32,000 nucleotides of DNA from Opitutales bacterium (GCA_965219535.1 CBDCNV010000002.1:960001-992000); one strand, 5' to 3'; counted from the first letter of the stretch, positions 6,382 to 16,610 are shown. Translations and numbers: made by a program. The notes: generated by a model not told the origin, from the sequence alone.

Positions 6382-7833
6382 GTGAGCACTCAAAAAACAC
6401 CACAACGCATACTTGCTTTTTTGGGATTAGTTTTTGCGAGCGTAGGAATCGCCTGCGTAATCAAAAGTTTAATGCAGTTTCAACACGGGCGGCAAGATGA
6501 GATGCTCTGGATATTAGGTTTCGGCGTGCTTTTTACGGTAGTGGGGATTGGATTATTCATCGGAGGAAAGATTGAAAAAATTAAAAATAGTGAAAAAGAA
6601 CAGCTAATGGCCGCGTATCCCGATGAACCCTGGAAGTGGAAAAAGGAGTGGGCCAATGGTCGTATCTTTGGTAACAGTAAACAAACAATGCTGATCATCT
6701 GGGCCTTTGCCCTTTGTTGGAACGGGTTCTCTGTTCCCCTGTCTTACATCTTGATTCCTCGTTACCTCGACCAAGGCAATAAGCTGGTCTATTTGATTTT
6801 GATATTTCCCTTGATTGGAATCTTTATTTTATGGAGCGCAATCACGGCATTACTGCGATGGAAGCGATTTGGACGATCGTATTTCGAGATGGCGGCCGTT
6901 CCCGGCGTAATCGGAGGCGATCTCGGTGGGATGATTAATACGAGCGTAAAGATTCGACCTGAGAGTGGATTTCAACTTCATCTTAAATGTATTAACCGTT
7001 ATCAGACCGAAAGTTCAGACAGCCGGCGGAATGAAGAAAAAACGTTATGGGAGCAATCTCAAGTTATGTCTCACGAAGTTCTTGAAGGAGACCGAAGCCG
7101 TTCGGCAATACCTGTGTTCTTTCATATACCCTATAGCTGTAAGCCGACGGATGAAAGCGACCCGCATGACAAAATTATCTGGCAGTTGAAGATTGAAGCC
7201 AAAATACCCGGCGTGGATTACATGACGCAATTTGAGGTCCCGGTGTTTCGGACTGAAGCAAGCCGGGAAGATCAAGCAGAATCAGAAGAATTACCAGATC
7301 CCCTGGCTGAATATAGGGAGCAGGAGGACCCGACAAAGCGACTGGAAGAAGTCGGGGTTAGGGTAATGAAAAATATACACGGTGGAACGGTATTTAATTT
7401 TCGTTCAGGGCGCAACCTGGGCACATCGCTTGGCGTAACGTTCTTTTTTATTATTTGCGCAGCTGCGTCATGGGCCACGATTACCTATGGTGCCCATTGG
7501 ATTGCAATTGTGGTCGCGGGTTTGTTCACCCTCATAAGTGGGGTAGCTTTTCTCTCAGCATGGTTTTCCAAGGGCACGGTCACCGTGTATCCGGATCGCG
7601 TTGAGTTAATTTCAAAATTTTGCGGCCTGGGCTCGACGGTAAACTTGCCTATCGATGAAATGGATTCTATCGAACTGACTCAGGGGATGAAGTCTGGAGA
7701 TCGGGTTTTTTACGATCTTACATTTCAGCGTAAAGATGGCTATAAGAAACAAGTGAGTTCACAAATTGATGGACTGGTTGCGGCTGAAGCGTTGAAAAAA
7801 GCGATTGAAGGCTGTATCGATCAGCGCAGTTGA
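6382..7833 (+). CDS. Hypothetical polytopic membrane protein (about 6 TM) with a central soluble domain and a C-terminal membrane-flanked small domain
   Basis: 483-aa ORF with a GTG start. Hydrophobic helices: ILAFLGLVFASVGIACVI, WILGFGVLFTVVGIGLFIGG, LIIWAFALCWNGFSVPL, LVYLILIFPLIGIFILWSAITALL, GVTFFFIICAAASWATITY and WIAIVVAGLFTLISGVAFLSAWF. A soluble segment of about 190 aa lies between TM4 and TM5. The final two-TM plus about 85-aa tail resembles the bPH2/DUF304 arrangement; that is a guess. Confidence 0.65.
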   Translation: MSTQKTPQRILAFLGLVFASVGIACVIKSLMQFQHGRQDEMLWILGFGVLFTVVGIGLFIGGKIEKIKNSEKEQLMAAYPDEPWKWKKEWANGRIFGNSKQTMLIIWAFALCWNGFSVPLSYILIPRYLDQGNKLVYLILIFPLIGIFILWSAITALLRWKRFGRSYFEMAAVPGVIGGDLGGMINTSVKIRPESGFQLHLKCINRYQTESSDSRRNEEKTLWEQSQVMSHEVLEGDRSRSAIPVFFHIPYSCKPTDESDPHDKIIWQLKIEAKIPGVDYMTQFEVPVFRTEASREDQAESEELPDPLAEYREQEDPTKRLEEVGVRVMKNIHGGTVFNFRSGRNLGTSLGVTFFFIICAAASWATITYGAHWIAIVVAGLFTLISGVAFLSAWFSKGTVTVYPDRVELISKFCGLGSTVNLPIDEMDSIELTQGMKSGDRVFYDLTFQRKDGYKKQVSSQIDGLVAAEALKKAIEGCIDQRS

Positions 7834-7897
7834 ATCAGATTGGGGCAAAACCAACCGGCAGTTCATTCACATACAAACCCAATCTTTAGGCTTGGGA

Positions 7898-9019
7898 TTA
7901 ATTTTTAGTCTGAGAAGCTGAAGACATGTCTAGTCGATAGAGTTCCTGGGCATTCTGATAGAATATGCGCTTTGCCAGTTTTTCGGGTAGGGGAGGAAAG
8001 GCTTTAGTGGGTGAATCAAAGTCCCAATGTGGGTAATCGCTGGAGAAGATGACGGTTTTCTCGGCCTGCATCATTTCAAAGATTTGCAACAAGTGATCCG
8101 GATTATCCGGTTCATCAATTGGTTGTGTAGTGAAACGCATACATTCGACAATATATTCACTCGGGCGCTTTTTAAGCCAGGGGGTTTGTAAACGCAGCGA
8201 TTTCCAGTTCTTATCCAGCCGCCACATGAGGTGCGGCACCCACGACAGGCCGCCTTCAACACAGACAAAGCGAAGAGTGGGGAATTGCTCAAAAACACCT
8301 TCACAGATAAGGCTGGTTACCTGACCCATAAAATTTTGTGGAATGCCAGTATGCCACTCAAAATAGGTGGACGGATAGCCGGCTGAGTAACTATTAGCGA
8401 TACCTTTTCCCTCAGCGCCGGGGTGGATAGCTACTGGGAGGTCCAATTCGCATGCCGCCTCATAAATTGGCCAATATTGCGGTCGTCCGAGAGGGGTAAG
8501 CGTCGCTGAGGCCATCAGCACTTGTACTAACCGTTGATTTGATCCCAGTCGTCTTATTTCATTAGCCGCGGATTGAGCGTCTTGCGGCGCTATCGCTATG
8601 GCCCCAAGAAAGCGAGGATCTTCGGGTAACCACTCTTCAACTAACCAATCATTATAGGCGCTGGCTAATGAAGTAGCATAGTAGGTGTCAGGAGAGACAC
8701 AGACAGATAGTATATTTCCACCGAGCAAAATGGCATAATCTACAGCGTAGGCATCGAGTAGCTGTTCGCGCATAGTGAGAGGGCAGGAACCGGGGAGTCC
8801 CCCCGAAGCGGGAACGGCATCGCGTCGAAGGACACCGTGCGGATTGATCAATCCTAAATCATTGGGAAGGTTAATCCCACGTTCATGAAACGCCTTGGGG
8901 AGGTACTTAATAATATCCTGGGGTGAATTCCAGTATTGGTGTACATCACAATCGATTAAGCTCAAAGAGGAACTGGACTTTGAGTGGGGGGATGAACTTT
9001 CTTCGGGTGCAGTTTTCAC
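7898..9019 (-). CDS. Amidohydrolase_2 family metal-dependent hydrolase/decarboxylase (ACMSD/LigI/LigJ-like)
   Basis: 373-aa ORF. LIDCDVHQYW (metal-binding D-x-H motif), VAIHPG, and SSDYPHWDFDSP near the C-terminus are typical of the PF04909-type TIM-barrel amidohydrolases. Confidence 0.8.
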   Translation of the reverse strand: MKTAPEESSSPHSKSSSSLSLIDCDVHQYWNSPQDIIKYLPKAFHERGINLPNDLGLINPHGVLRRDAVPASGGLPGSCPLTMREQLLDAYAVDYAILLGGNILSVCVSPDTYYATSLASAYNDWLVEEWLPEDPRFLGAIAIAPQDAQSAANEIRRLGSNQRLVQVLMASATLTPLGRPQYWPIYEAACELDLPVAIHPGAEGKGIANSYSAGYPSTYFEWHTGIPQNFMGQVTSLICEGVFEQFPTLRFVCVEGGLSWVPHLMWRLDKNWKSLRLQTPWLKKRPSEYIVECMRFTTQPIDEPDNPDHLLQIFEMMQAEKTVIFSSDYPHWDFDSPTKAFPPLPEKLAKRIFYQNAQELYRLDMSSASQTKN

Positions 9020-9189
9020 AGTAGTTAAATTAAGCAGCTAAAATGGGTCGGTAGAAATAAATGACCCTATAGATTTAATCATACTTTTAGATTTTATGGT
9101 TATCAGGAATTTAGATAGGCTTTACAATTATATTTATCCTGACAGGCTGTCCTACTTACTTCTATACAAATTAAATTCCGGAGAAAAAT

Positions 9190-10128
9190 ATGTCTAAACG
9201 TGTTGTTTATTTAAATGGCGAGTATGTCGCTGAAACTGAAGCGCGGATTTCTATTTTTGACAGCGCCCTGATGTATGGGGATATGTTATTTGAGATGACC
9301 CGGGTATTCAACCTGAAACCCTTTCGGTTGCGTGAGCATCTCGAACGACTCTATAGCTCACTCCGTTATGCGGAGATCGACTGTGGACTGACGATTGACG
9401 AGATGGAGGAAGCAACCCATCAAACGATAGAAAAAAACTTATCGGTGGTTGATGGCATTGATTTTCAGATTATGCACAATGTTACTCGCGGGGGTATGGA
9501 CTATTATGATACCCTGGTAAAAGAGGGAACTTCACCGATCGTCACGATTAATGTTTTTCCTCTTATCCGCCATCAGGGAGGCATGGTGGAAAAATATGAG
9601 AAGGGAGCCCATGCAATTGTTCCCGCGCAGCAATCTGTTCCCTCGCGGTTCATTGATCCAAAATGTAAGAACCGCAGTCGGATATTTTATAAGTTAGCGG
9701 ATCTTCAGGTTGCTAAAATGGATAAAGGGGCGATGGCACTTATGACCGATGAGCATGGATTTATTACCGAAGGGACGGGGAACAACTTTTTCATGGCTAA
9801 GGACGGAGAAATATATACCGCAAAACCACAGAATGTATTACGCGGTGTATCCCGCCATGCGTGTATGGATTATGCCGCAGGGCTCGGAATCCCAGTTCAT
9901 GAAGCCGATATAGAACCCTACGATGTGCGCGGCGCGGATGAAGCTTGGTATTCCAGTACGACGGTTTGTCTGGCACCCATTACACGATTTGATTTTCACC
10001 CCATCGGTGAGGGCGTGCCGGGGCCGCTCTACAAGAAACTGATTCAAGCGTGGTCAGATGATGTCGGCGTTGATATTATTGGGCAAGCCCGTGAGTACGC
10101 GAAATTAATGGATAAGTGGATACCGTAA
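9190..10128 (+). CDS. Class-IV (fold type IV) PLP aminotransferase (branched-chain / D-amino-acid aminotransferase family)
   Basis: 312-aa ORF. N-terminal YLNGEYV...EARISIFDSALMYGDMLFEMTR and ITEGTGNNFFMAKDGEIYT (the E-x-x-x-x-N-x-F motif) are characteristic. Confidence 0.85.
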   Translation: MSKRVVYLNGEYVAETEARISIFDSALMYGDMLFEMTRVFNLKPFRLREHLERLYSSLRYAEIDCGLTIDEMEEATHQTIEKNLSVVDGIDFQIMHNVTRGGMDYYDTLVKEGTSPIVTINVFPLIRHQGGMVEKYEKGAHAIVPAQQSVPSRFIDPKCKNRSRIFYKLADLQVAKMDKGAMALMTDEHGFITEGTGNNFFMAKDGEIYTAKPQNVLRGVSRHACMDYAAGLGIPVHEADIEPYDVRGADEAWYSSTTVCLAPITRFDFHPIGEGVPGPLYKKLIQAWSDDVGVDIIGQAREYAKLMDKWIP

Positions 10129-10356
10129 TCTTGTGAACCATTATGATAAGGGTTCGGTGACAACGCTATACTCAAGGGGAGTTAATTAGCCCCAGTTAGC
10201 TTAAGCGTTTATAATCCAGCCGGGCCTAGATGCTGATTTACATTTACCAGAAGATAATTAAAGGATATATTAGAGCGGTTATTATCGTCTGAATTTAATG
10301 CTACACCAGGAAGGGAAAGCCTTACCTGTAAAAGGGACGATGAGCCAAATTATTAG

Positions 10357-12366
10357 ATGAACCCCTTGAGCATAGAATCACCCACTAAAGAATATATCAC
10401 CAAGGTGTTATATGGCCGTACTCTAAGGCAAGGGTGTATGGTGATTATCAGTTTTTTTATGCTCACGGCCTGCGCTACGAATAAATCCAAAATCGCGCTT
10501 GAAATCCCCCACTATGAATCAGCAGATGAATATTATCAGGAAGGAACTAATCTGGCGAGGGCTGAAGATTGGGAAGGCGCAATCGCGCACTATTCAGAAG
10601 CGCTAAGACTGAATCCAGCTTGGATTGAAGTCTATCTATTGCGCGGTGTGACAAAGTATAAAATTAATGATGCTACCGGAGCGATCGCTGATCTGTCCGA
10701 AGCTATTCGCTTGAGCGAAGATACACTAAATACCAGAGGTCAAAGTTTAACCAGCGAGGGCGATGGGTCAAATGGCAGGAGTGAAGCGATGGAGTTCGAT
10801 AATTTTGCCCAGGGCACGAGATTGCCCATGACTTATTATTATCGCGGGCTTGCAAAAGTCATGATTCGAGACTGGAATGGGTCAATTGAAGATTTCACGG
10901 AAGCGGTGGAACTCAATCCTCGGCTGGTAAATGCCTATTCACAGCGCGCTTTATCTAAAGTTCAACAGGGTGATCTCAGCGGTGCAATTGATGATTTTAC
11001 AACGACGCTTCACCTTAACCCGGTTGATGCAAATTCGCACTTGCGTCGAGGCCTGGCCAAAGCGCAGGTTGGCGATTTAACCGGTGCTTTGATAGACTTT
11101 ACCCGTGTTATTCATTTACGTCCCGACAACATAAACGCTTACATTAATCGTGGCAACATCAAGTCGGAGCTGGGGCACCTCGATGGAGCGGTAGCAGACT
11201 ATACCGCAGCGCTGATTCGCGATCCGGGAAGAACAGAAGCATTGCTGAAACGTGGATTTGTTCTAGTGAGAATGGAGAAATACAAGGCGGCAACAGATGA
11301 CTATGATCTGGTAATTGGCCTCGAACCCGAAAATTCCATCGCCTATGTAGGGCGGGGATTTACCCAAGTTAATACCGGCCAACTGCAGGGTGCGCTGGAT
11401 GATTTTACGAAAGCGATTAAATATGATTCGGATCTTTTGTTAGCCTATTTATACCGGGGTGGAGTTTTCCGGCAGTTAAATCAGTTCGCTGATGCGATAG
11501 GAGATTTTTCTAAAGTTATTCATATCGATCCTGGTCATGCAGGGGCCTGGCAGGCTCGTGGTCTAACCCGTACATTGGAAGGGAACTATGGCGGCGCATT
11601 AGCAGACTTCGACCAGAGTTTAAAGATCGACCCGGAGAATCCGGACACCTGGTTTTACCGTGCGCAAAGTAAGGCCAAGCAAGGTGATCTTAAGGGCGCG
11701 CTTAAAGATTACGATGAAGCCGAAAAGCGGAATCCCAGCAGTGTTAATATCTATTTGAACCGGGGATCGATTAAAGCTGAAATGGGTGATGCGACGGGTG
11801 CGATTGCCGATTTTTCATCGGCAATTAAGACTGCGCCTAAATTGTCACTCGCCCATTTGGACCGTGGGTTCTATTTTTATGTTGCCGGTGATGATAATGG
11901 GGCAATTGAAGATCTAAGGAAAGCCATCGAGCTGGTTTCCGAGCATGAGTCGAGAGACTATCAAAACTCGATGGACTATATGACTCTTTGGGAGTGGCTG
12001 GCACGGTATCGTCTGGGTCAGCAGGAAGCCGCTGACCAATTAATAAAAAATCATCTCAACACGCGATCGGAAGAAGCAAGTGGTGATTGGTATGAGAAAA
12101 TTGCACAATTTTTCCTGGGTAATATAAGTGAAAGCGAATTTTTTAACGCCGCAGATATTCATAATGATCCGAAAAAACGAAATGGCCAGCAATGCGAAGC
12201 CTACTTTTACGCGGCGAACAAAAACCTGTTAAAGGGTGATTTAGAGAAGGCCATTGTCCTGCTCAAACGATGTATAGATACAGGGTATCGTGAATTTTAT
12301 GAATTTAAAGGGGCAAAAATTCAGCTGCAAGTACTCAACGATGAAAATTCATCCCCTACTTTTTAG
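10357..12366 (+). CDS. TPR-repeat lipoprotein
   Basis: 669-aa ORF. Lipobox FFMLTAC at residues about 33-39. An alternative ATG at 10438 gives MVIISFFMLTAC. More than 12 tandem 34-aa units of the type GDxxGAIxDFxxAIxLxPxxxxAYxxRG. Confidence 0.9.
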   Translation: MNPLSIESPTKEYITKVLYGRTLRQGCMVIISFFMLTACATNKSKIALEIPHYESADEYYQEGTNLARAEDWEGAIAHYSEALRLNPAWIEVYLLRGVTKYKINDATGAIADLSEAIRLSEDTLNTRGQSLTSEGDGSNGRSEAMEFDNFAQGTRLPMTYYYRGLAKVMIRDWNGSIEDFTEAVELNPRLVNAYSQRALSKVQQGDLSGAIDDFTTTLHLNPVDANSHLRRGLAKAQVGDLTGALIDFTRVIHLRPDNINAYINRGNIKSELGHLDGAVADYTAALIRDPGRTEALLKRGFVLVRMEKYKAATDDYDLVIGLEPENSIAYVGRGFTQVNTGQLQGALDDFTKAIKYDSDLLLAYLYRGGVFRQLNQFADAIGDFSKVIHIDPGHAGAWQARGLTRTLEGNYGGALADFDQSLKIDPENPDTWFYRAQSKAKQGDLKGALKDYDEAEKRNPSSVNIYLNRGSIKAEMGDATGAIADFSSAIKTAPKLSLAHLDRGFYFYVAGDDNGAIEDLRKAIELVSEHESRDYQNSMDYMTLWEWLARYRLGQQEAADQLIKNHLNTRSEEASGDWYEKIAQFFLGNISESEFFNAADIHNDPKKRNGQQCEAYFYAANKNLLKGDLEKAIVLLKRCIDTGYREFYEFKGAKIQLQVLNDENSSPTF

Positions 12367-12417
12367 AGTATTTGATTGCTTAAGCGTGAAGAGGTATAAA
12401 AAGAGCGAACTACGAGG

Positions 12418-13608
12418 GTGATTAAGCAAACCGCAGATGTAATTATTATTGGTGGAGGGGTTACCGGGTTGAGCACCGCTTTACACCTCAAAGAACTCGG
12501 TGTTGAAGATGTCTTAATAGTTGAGCGGCACTATATCGGGTCAGGTCAATCGGGGCGTGCCGCAGGCGTTATCCGAGGGACGGTACGGCACCCCACGGTT
12601 TCAGATACACAGATTGAAGGGCAGGTATTCTTTCAATCCTTTGAAGAGCGTTTTTCTATTCCCATTGAAGTTAATCACATTGGATATATGCTCGTAGGCT
12701 ATAACCGTGATCGAAAACATATTGAAGAGACAATCGGTGTCGCCAGGAGCGCAGGTTGTGATTTGAAAGAGATTGATGCTAAGGAGGCAGAAGAACTGCA
12801 ACCTGGATTGGGCACGAATGATGACTCCATTTATGTGTATGAACCCGGTGGTATTTATGTAGATCCCATGTCAGCTACCTATGCCTTGTCCCTCGCCGCA
12901 AAGAAGCTGGGGGTGAGAATTATTGAAGGATGTGAAGTGGGAGATATTCAAGTAAATGAAGATAAAGTAACAGGTGTTAAGAGTGCCGCGGGAAATTTTG
13001 ATGCGCCTAAAATTCTTATTGCAACCTCGGTTTGGGGGCAACCACAACTTGCCAAACTTGGGCTGGATGTCCCTGTCCGCCCACATATCGCGGAAATGGG
13101 TTTTTTCCAAGTCGGGCCCGGTTCACAAGACAGGCTTCGCCGTATTATTTTTGATTCAAGAGCAAAGCTCTATATGCGACCGGAAGGTGAGCGCCAAATA
13201 TTTCTCGGTCGCAGAGAGGATTATTATGAGCAGAAAAATGGAGATCCGATAGATCCTGACAACTATAAACAGACAGCAAACTTTCATTCAATCGATGAAA
13301 TGCACAGGAATATTCAGATAACACTTCCCTTTATGAACGAAGGGTTCGTGCACCGAACCTATGCCTGTACCTATGACATTACACCCGATCATATGCCCAT
13401 ACTAGATAAGGCTGAGGCAATAGAGGGTCTTTACTATGCGGTTGGTTTTAGTGGTGGAGGGTTTTCCACTTCTCCCTGGGTGGGGAAGCGCATGGCCGCG
13501 TTCATTGCCCATGGCAACTCCAGCAGTGATTTAGAAGTGTTTAAATCTGAACGTTTTGCGGAAGGAAAAATTATTGAATGGGACAATACCCCGGCCAATG
13601 ACAATTAG
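12418..13608 (+). CDS. FAD-dependent oxidoreductase, DAO family (sarcosine/D-amino-acid oxidase-like)
   Basis: 396-aa ORF with a GTG start after gaggg. DVIIIGGGVTGLSTALHLKELG dinucleotide-binding motif. C-terminal GFSGGGFSTSP is typical of DAO-family enzymes. Confidence 0.85.
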   Translation: MIKQTADVIIIGGGVTGLSTALHLKELGVEDVLIVERHYIGSGQSGRAAGVIRGTVRHPTVSDTQIEGQVFFQSFEERFSIPIEVNHIGYMLVGYNRDRKHIEETIGVARSAGCDLKEIDAKEAEELQPGLGTNDDSIYVYEPGGIYVDPMSATYALSLAAKKLGVRIIEGCEVGDIQVNEDKVTGVKSAAGNFDAPKILIATSVWGQPQLAKLGLDVPVRPHIAEMGFFQVGPGSQDRLRRIIFDSRAKLYMRPEGERQIFLGRREDYYEQKNGDPIDPDNYKQTANFHSIDEMHRNIQITLPFMNEGFVHRTYACTYDITPDHMPILDKAEAIEGLYYAVGFSGGGFSTSPWVGKRMAAFIAHGNSSSDLEVFKSERFAEGKIIEWDNTPANDN

Positions 13609-13616
13609 TATAGAAG

Positions 13617-14468
13617 GTGAAAATAAAAAAAAATGTTTTCACTCCTTCAGAAGAAGACATTGCTACCTATTGGGATCGCGGCTATTGGATTAGTCCCAAG
13701 CTGATCAGTGACGAAAAGATAAAAGCGCCGCGAAATGCAGTATTCCGTATTATTGAAGGTGATATTGATGGTGATGGCTTTTACTATTTAGGTCCTTGGA
13801 AAAAACCGGATGATGAATCAGCGATTTGCAAAATACAAAATGGCTGGTGGATAAATAATGAAGTGTGTAAGATTATCACATCACCTCTTATCGGTCGCAT
13901 TGCGGCGAAATTAATGAAAAGTGAAGAAGCGAGGCTTTGGCATGACCAGGTAATATTAAAACCCGGATCAAGCGGAGAAGCGACCGATGCAGGTAATGTC
14001 GGCTGGCATCAGGACTATGCTTACTGGCAGTGCACGAACACAGATAATCTGATAAGCGTGTGGATTGCCTTACAAGATACGGATTTAAATAACGGGGCGA
14101 TGCGAACACTAGCCTGCTCTCACAAACAGGGAGTCATCGAAGACAGTAATACATTCACGGAAAAGAATCTCGACTCATTGCGTGATCGTTTCGAAAAGCA
14201 ATTTAAAATGCCATGGATTGATGAACCGTGTATACTCAAAGCCGGACAGGCAAGCTTCCATCACGCGTTATGTTTTCATGGTTCTGGTAAAAATTTAACC
14301 GATCAACCCCGACTTTCCGTTGTCGGGCATTATATGCCTCGTGGCTGCGCTTATAAGCCAGGCGGGCAATGGCACAGTAACATTCAGTTTCTCGGGCCCC
14401 GCCCTCACGATGGACAACTCTTTAACAACAACTATTTTCCGCTTGTTTTTCAAAAGGATAGAAAATAA
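13617..14468 (+). CDS. Phytanoyl-CoA dioxygenase (PhyH) family Fe(II)/2-oxoglutarate oxygenase
   Basis: 283-aa ORF. WHQDYAYW (H-x-D facial triad) and HHALCFHGSGKNLTDQPR (distal His / Arg). GTG start 8 nt after the previous stop. Confidence 0.85.
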   Translation: MKIKKNVFTPSEEDIATYWDRGYWISPKLISDEKIKAPRNAVFRIIEGDIDGDGFYYLGPWKKPDDESAICKIQNGWWINNEVCKIITSPLIGRIAAKLMKSEEARLWHDQVILKPGSSGEATDAGNVGWHQDYAYWQCTNTDNLISVWIALQDTDLNNGAMRTLACSHKQGVIEDSNTFTEKNLDSLRDRFEKQFKMPWIDEPCILKAGQASFHHALCFHGSGKNLTDQPRLSVVGHYMPRGCAYKPGGQWHSNIQFLGPRPHDGQLFNNNYFPLVFQKDRK

Positions 14469-14583
14469 ATGGATAGGAAATTTAGGCGATTGCTCTAATT
14501 GCTTTTTACTCTAATGATCTTACTACTAACTTAAATGGTTTCTATTATTATGCCCATGGGTAATAGTACTATTTAATAATCCC

Positions 14584-15816
14584 ATGATGAGTACAAATTG
14601 CAGATTCGATGATCTTTTAATGGCGGATGATTACTCCGACCGTTTATACGAGAATTACGATCTTCTACGGTCGGAAGAACCGATTTACTGGAGTGATGCC
14701 TGGACGTCCTGGGTTTTAACCCGTTACGTTGATAACGTTGAATGTCTTAAAAATGTTAAAGATTTTTCATCCGTGGGAAGGACACTGCGTTTTATGGACC
14801 AGATTCCCGAGGAGGAGCGCCATCGCTTCAAAGCTCTGAGAGAGCACTACGAGGATGGGGGGCTGATAAATAAAGATCCTCCAGACCACACCCGCCTGAG
14901 GAAACTGGTGCTGAAAGCATTTTCACCCCAGCTCGTGGAAAAAATGCGCGGTATGGTTACTGAGTTGGTGAATGAATTAATTGATAGGGTCCAGGGCAAT
15001 GGACAGATGGAGATGATTAGCGACTTTGCCTTTCCGTTGCCCGCGATATTAATCGCCGGTATATTGGGAGTGCCTCCGGAAGACCGTGAAATGTTCAAAG
15101 ACTGGTCGAGAAAGATTTTGCTCTTTACCGGGTCGGGCCGAATCGATCTCGATTTTGCGGAAAAGGCACAGGAGAGCCGGGTTGCGATGAGTAATTATTT
15201 CAGGCAACTCATGGAAGAGCGCATAAGGGAACCGCAGGATGATCTCATCAGCGCCCTGGTTTCAGCGAGAGAAAATGATGATCTGCTGACGGTAACAGAA
15301 TTGGTAACAACGTGCGGGGTTCTCCTCGTCGCCGGTCATGAGACTACGGCCAACCTTATAACCAATGGCTTCCTCGCGTTATTTCAAAATCCCGATCAGC
15401 TAGAAGAGCTAAAGAAAAACACTTCTCTACTTCCCAGCGCAATCGAGGAAATTTTACGCTATGACAGCCCACTACAGAGCATTCCAAGGTTAGTTTCCAA
15501 AGACATAGTGTTCGAGGGAAAGACATTTAAAGAAGGTGATCTCGTGACCGTTGTGATCGGGGCAGCAAATCGGGATCCTATTCATTTTCCAGATCCTCAC
15601 CGCTTTGACATTCATCGTAAAGATAACGCGCACATCGCATTCGGACAAAGCGTTCATTTTTGCCTCGGTGCATCGCTTGCACGGATGGAAATTCCTATCG
15701 CGTTTGAGGCGCTTTTACGCCGATTGCCCAATCTACGGCTGCAAGGGGAAACACCCAAGTGGAGATTGAGTATGTCTCTTCGTGGTCTGGAATCGTTAGA
15801 CGTTGCTTTTGACTAA
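14584..15816 (+). CDS. Cytochrome P450 (class I bacterial type)
   Basis: 410-aa ORF. I-helix LLVAGHETT, K-helix EEILRYDSP, and heme loop FGQSVHFCLGASLAR (FxxGxHxCxG). Confidence 0.95.
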   Translation: MMSTNCRFDDLLMADDYSDRLYENYDLLRSEEPIYWSDAWTSWVLTRYVDNVECLKNVKDFSSVGRTLRFMDQIPEEERHRFKALREHYEDGGLINKDPPDHTRLRKLVLKAFSPQLVEKMRGMVTELVNELIDRVQGNGQMEMISDFAFPLPAILIAGILGVPPEDREMFKDWSRKILLFTGSGRIDLDFAEKAQESRVAMSNYFRQLMEERIREPQDDLISALVSARENDDLLTVTELVTTCGVLLVAGHETTANLITNGFLALFQNPDQLEELKKNTSLLPSAIEEILRYDSPLQSIPRLVSKDIVFEGKTFKEGDLVTVVIGAANRDPIHFPDPHRFDIHRKDNAHIAFGQSVHFCLGASLARMEIPIAFEALLRRLPNLRLQGETPKWRLSMSLRGLESLDVAFD

Positions 15817-15848
15817 TATTTTATGCAATTTTTTTAATATTCAAAAAC

Positions 15849-16610
15849 ATGAGTGATAGGTTCAGTGTAAAAGATAAGGTGGTATTAGTAACAGGTGCTG
15901 CCCGCGGTAACGGAAAAGCCATCGCAGAGGGGTTTGTCGAGAGTGGAGCGGTCGTTTATTTTTTGGATATCCTGGAAGAGGTTAATCAAACCGTTGCCAC
16001 GTTGAGTAATAAAAATGCGCACGCCATTGTCTGTGACTTGGGAGATGCGTCAGAGGTGGAACATCAGGTGGCAGAAATTATAAATAAAGAGCAGAAAATT
16101 GATGTCCTGGTAAATAATGCGGCGATTATCCAATATTGGGATGAAGACGGACCCTACGCTAAAGACAGTTGGGACAAAAACCTGAAGATTAATTTATTTG
16201 GGACCCTGGATATGACGAGATTGGTGCTGAAATTAATGGAAAAGAATCAAGAGGGTGTTATTATTAATATAACCAGTCCGACCGCGGAACGCGCTTTCGC
16301 GCGCTGCCCCGCTTATTCAGTTTCCAAAGCCGGTGTGCGCCAGTTGACCAAAGTGATCGCCAAGGATTATGCTCATTGCAATATCCGCGCCAATAATATC
16401 TGTCCCGGATATATGAAGACCGCGGCGACGGAAAAGAGTTACGGCGATCCGAAGCTGAGGAAGGAACGTTCAGACCGAATTATGATGGATCGCTGGGGTG
16501 AACCGGAAGATCTCGCTGGACCCTGTATATTTTTAGCTTCTCCAGCTGCGACCTATGTTACGGGCTGCGATTTATATGTGGATGGCGGATTTATTGCCAA
16601 TGCTCTCTAA
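15849..16610 (+). CDS. Short-chain dehydrogenase/reductase (SDR)
   Basis: 253-aa ORF. VLVTGAARGNGKAI (TGxxxGxG), NNAA, and catalytic YSVSKAG (YxxxK). Confidence 0.92.
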   Translation: MSDRFSVKDKVVLVTGAARGNGKAIAEGFVESGAVVYFLDILEEVNQTVATLSNKNAHAIVCDLGDASEVEHQVAEIINKEQKIDVLVNNAAIIQYWDEDGPYAKDSWDKNLKINLFGTLDMTRLVLKLMEKNQEGVIINITSPTAERAFARCPAYSVSKAGVRQLTKVIAKDYAHCNIRANNICPGYMKTAATEKSYGDPKLRKERSDRIMMDRWGEPEDLAGPCIFLASPAATYVTGCDLYVDGGFIANAL

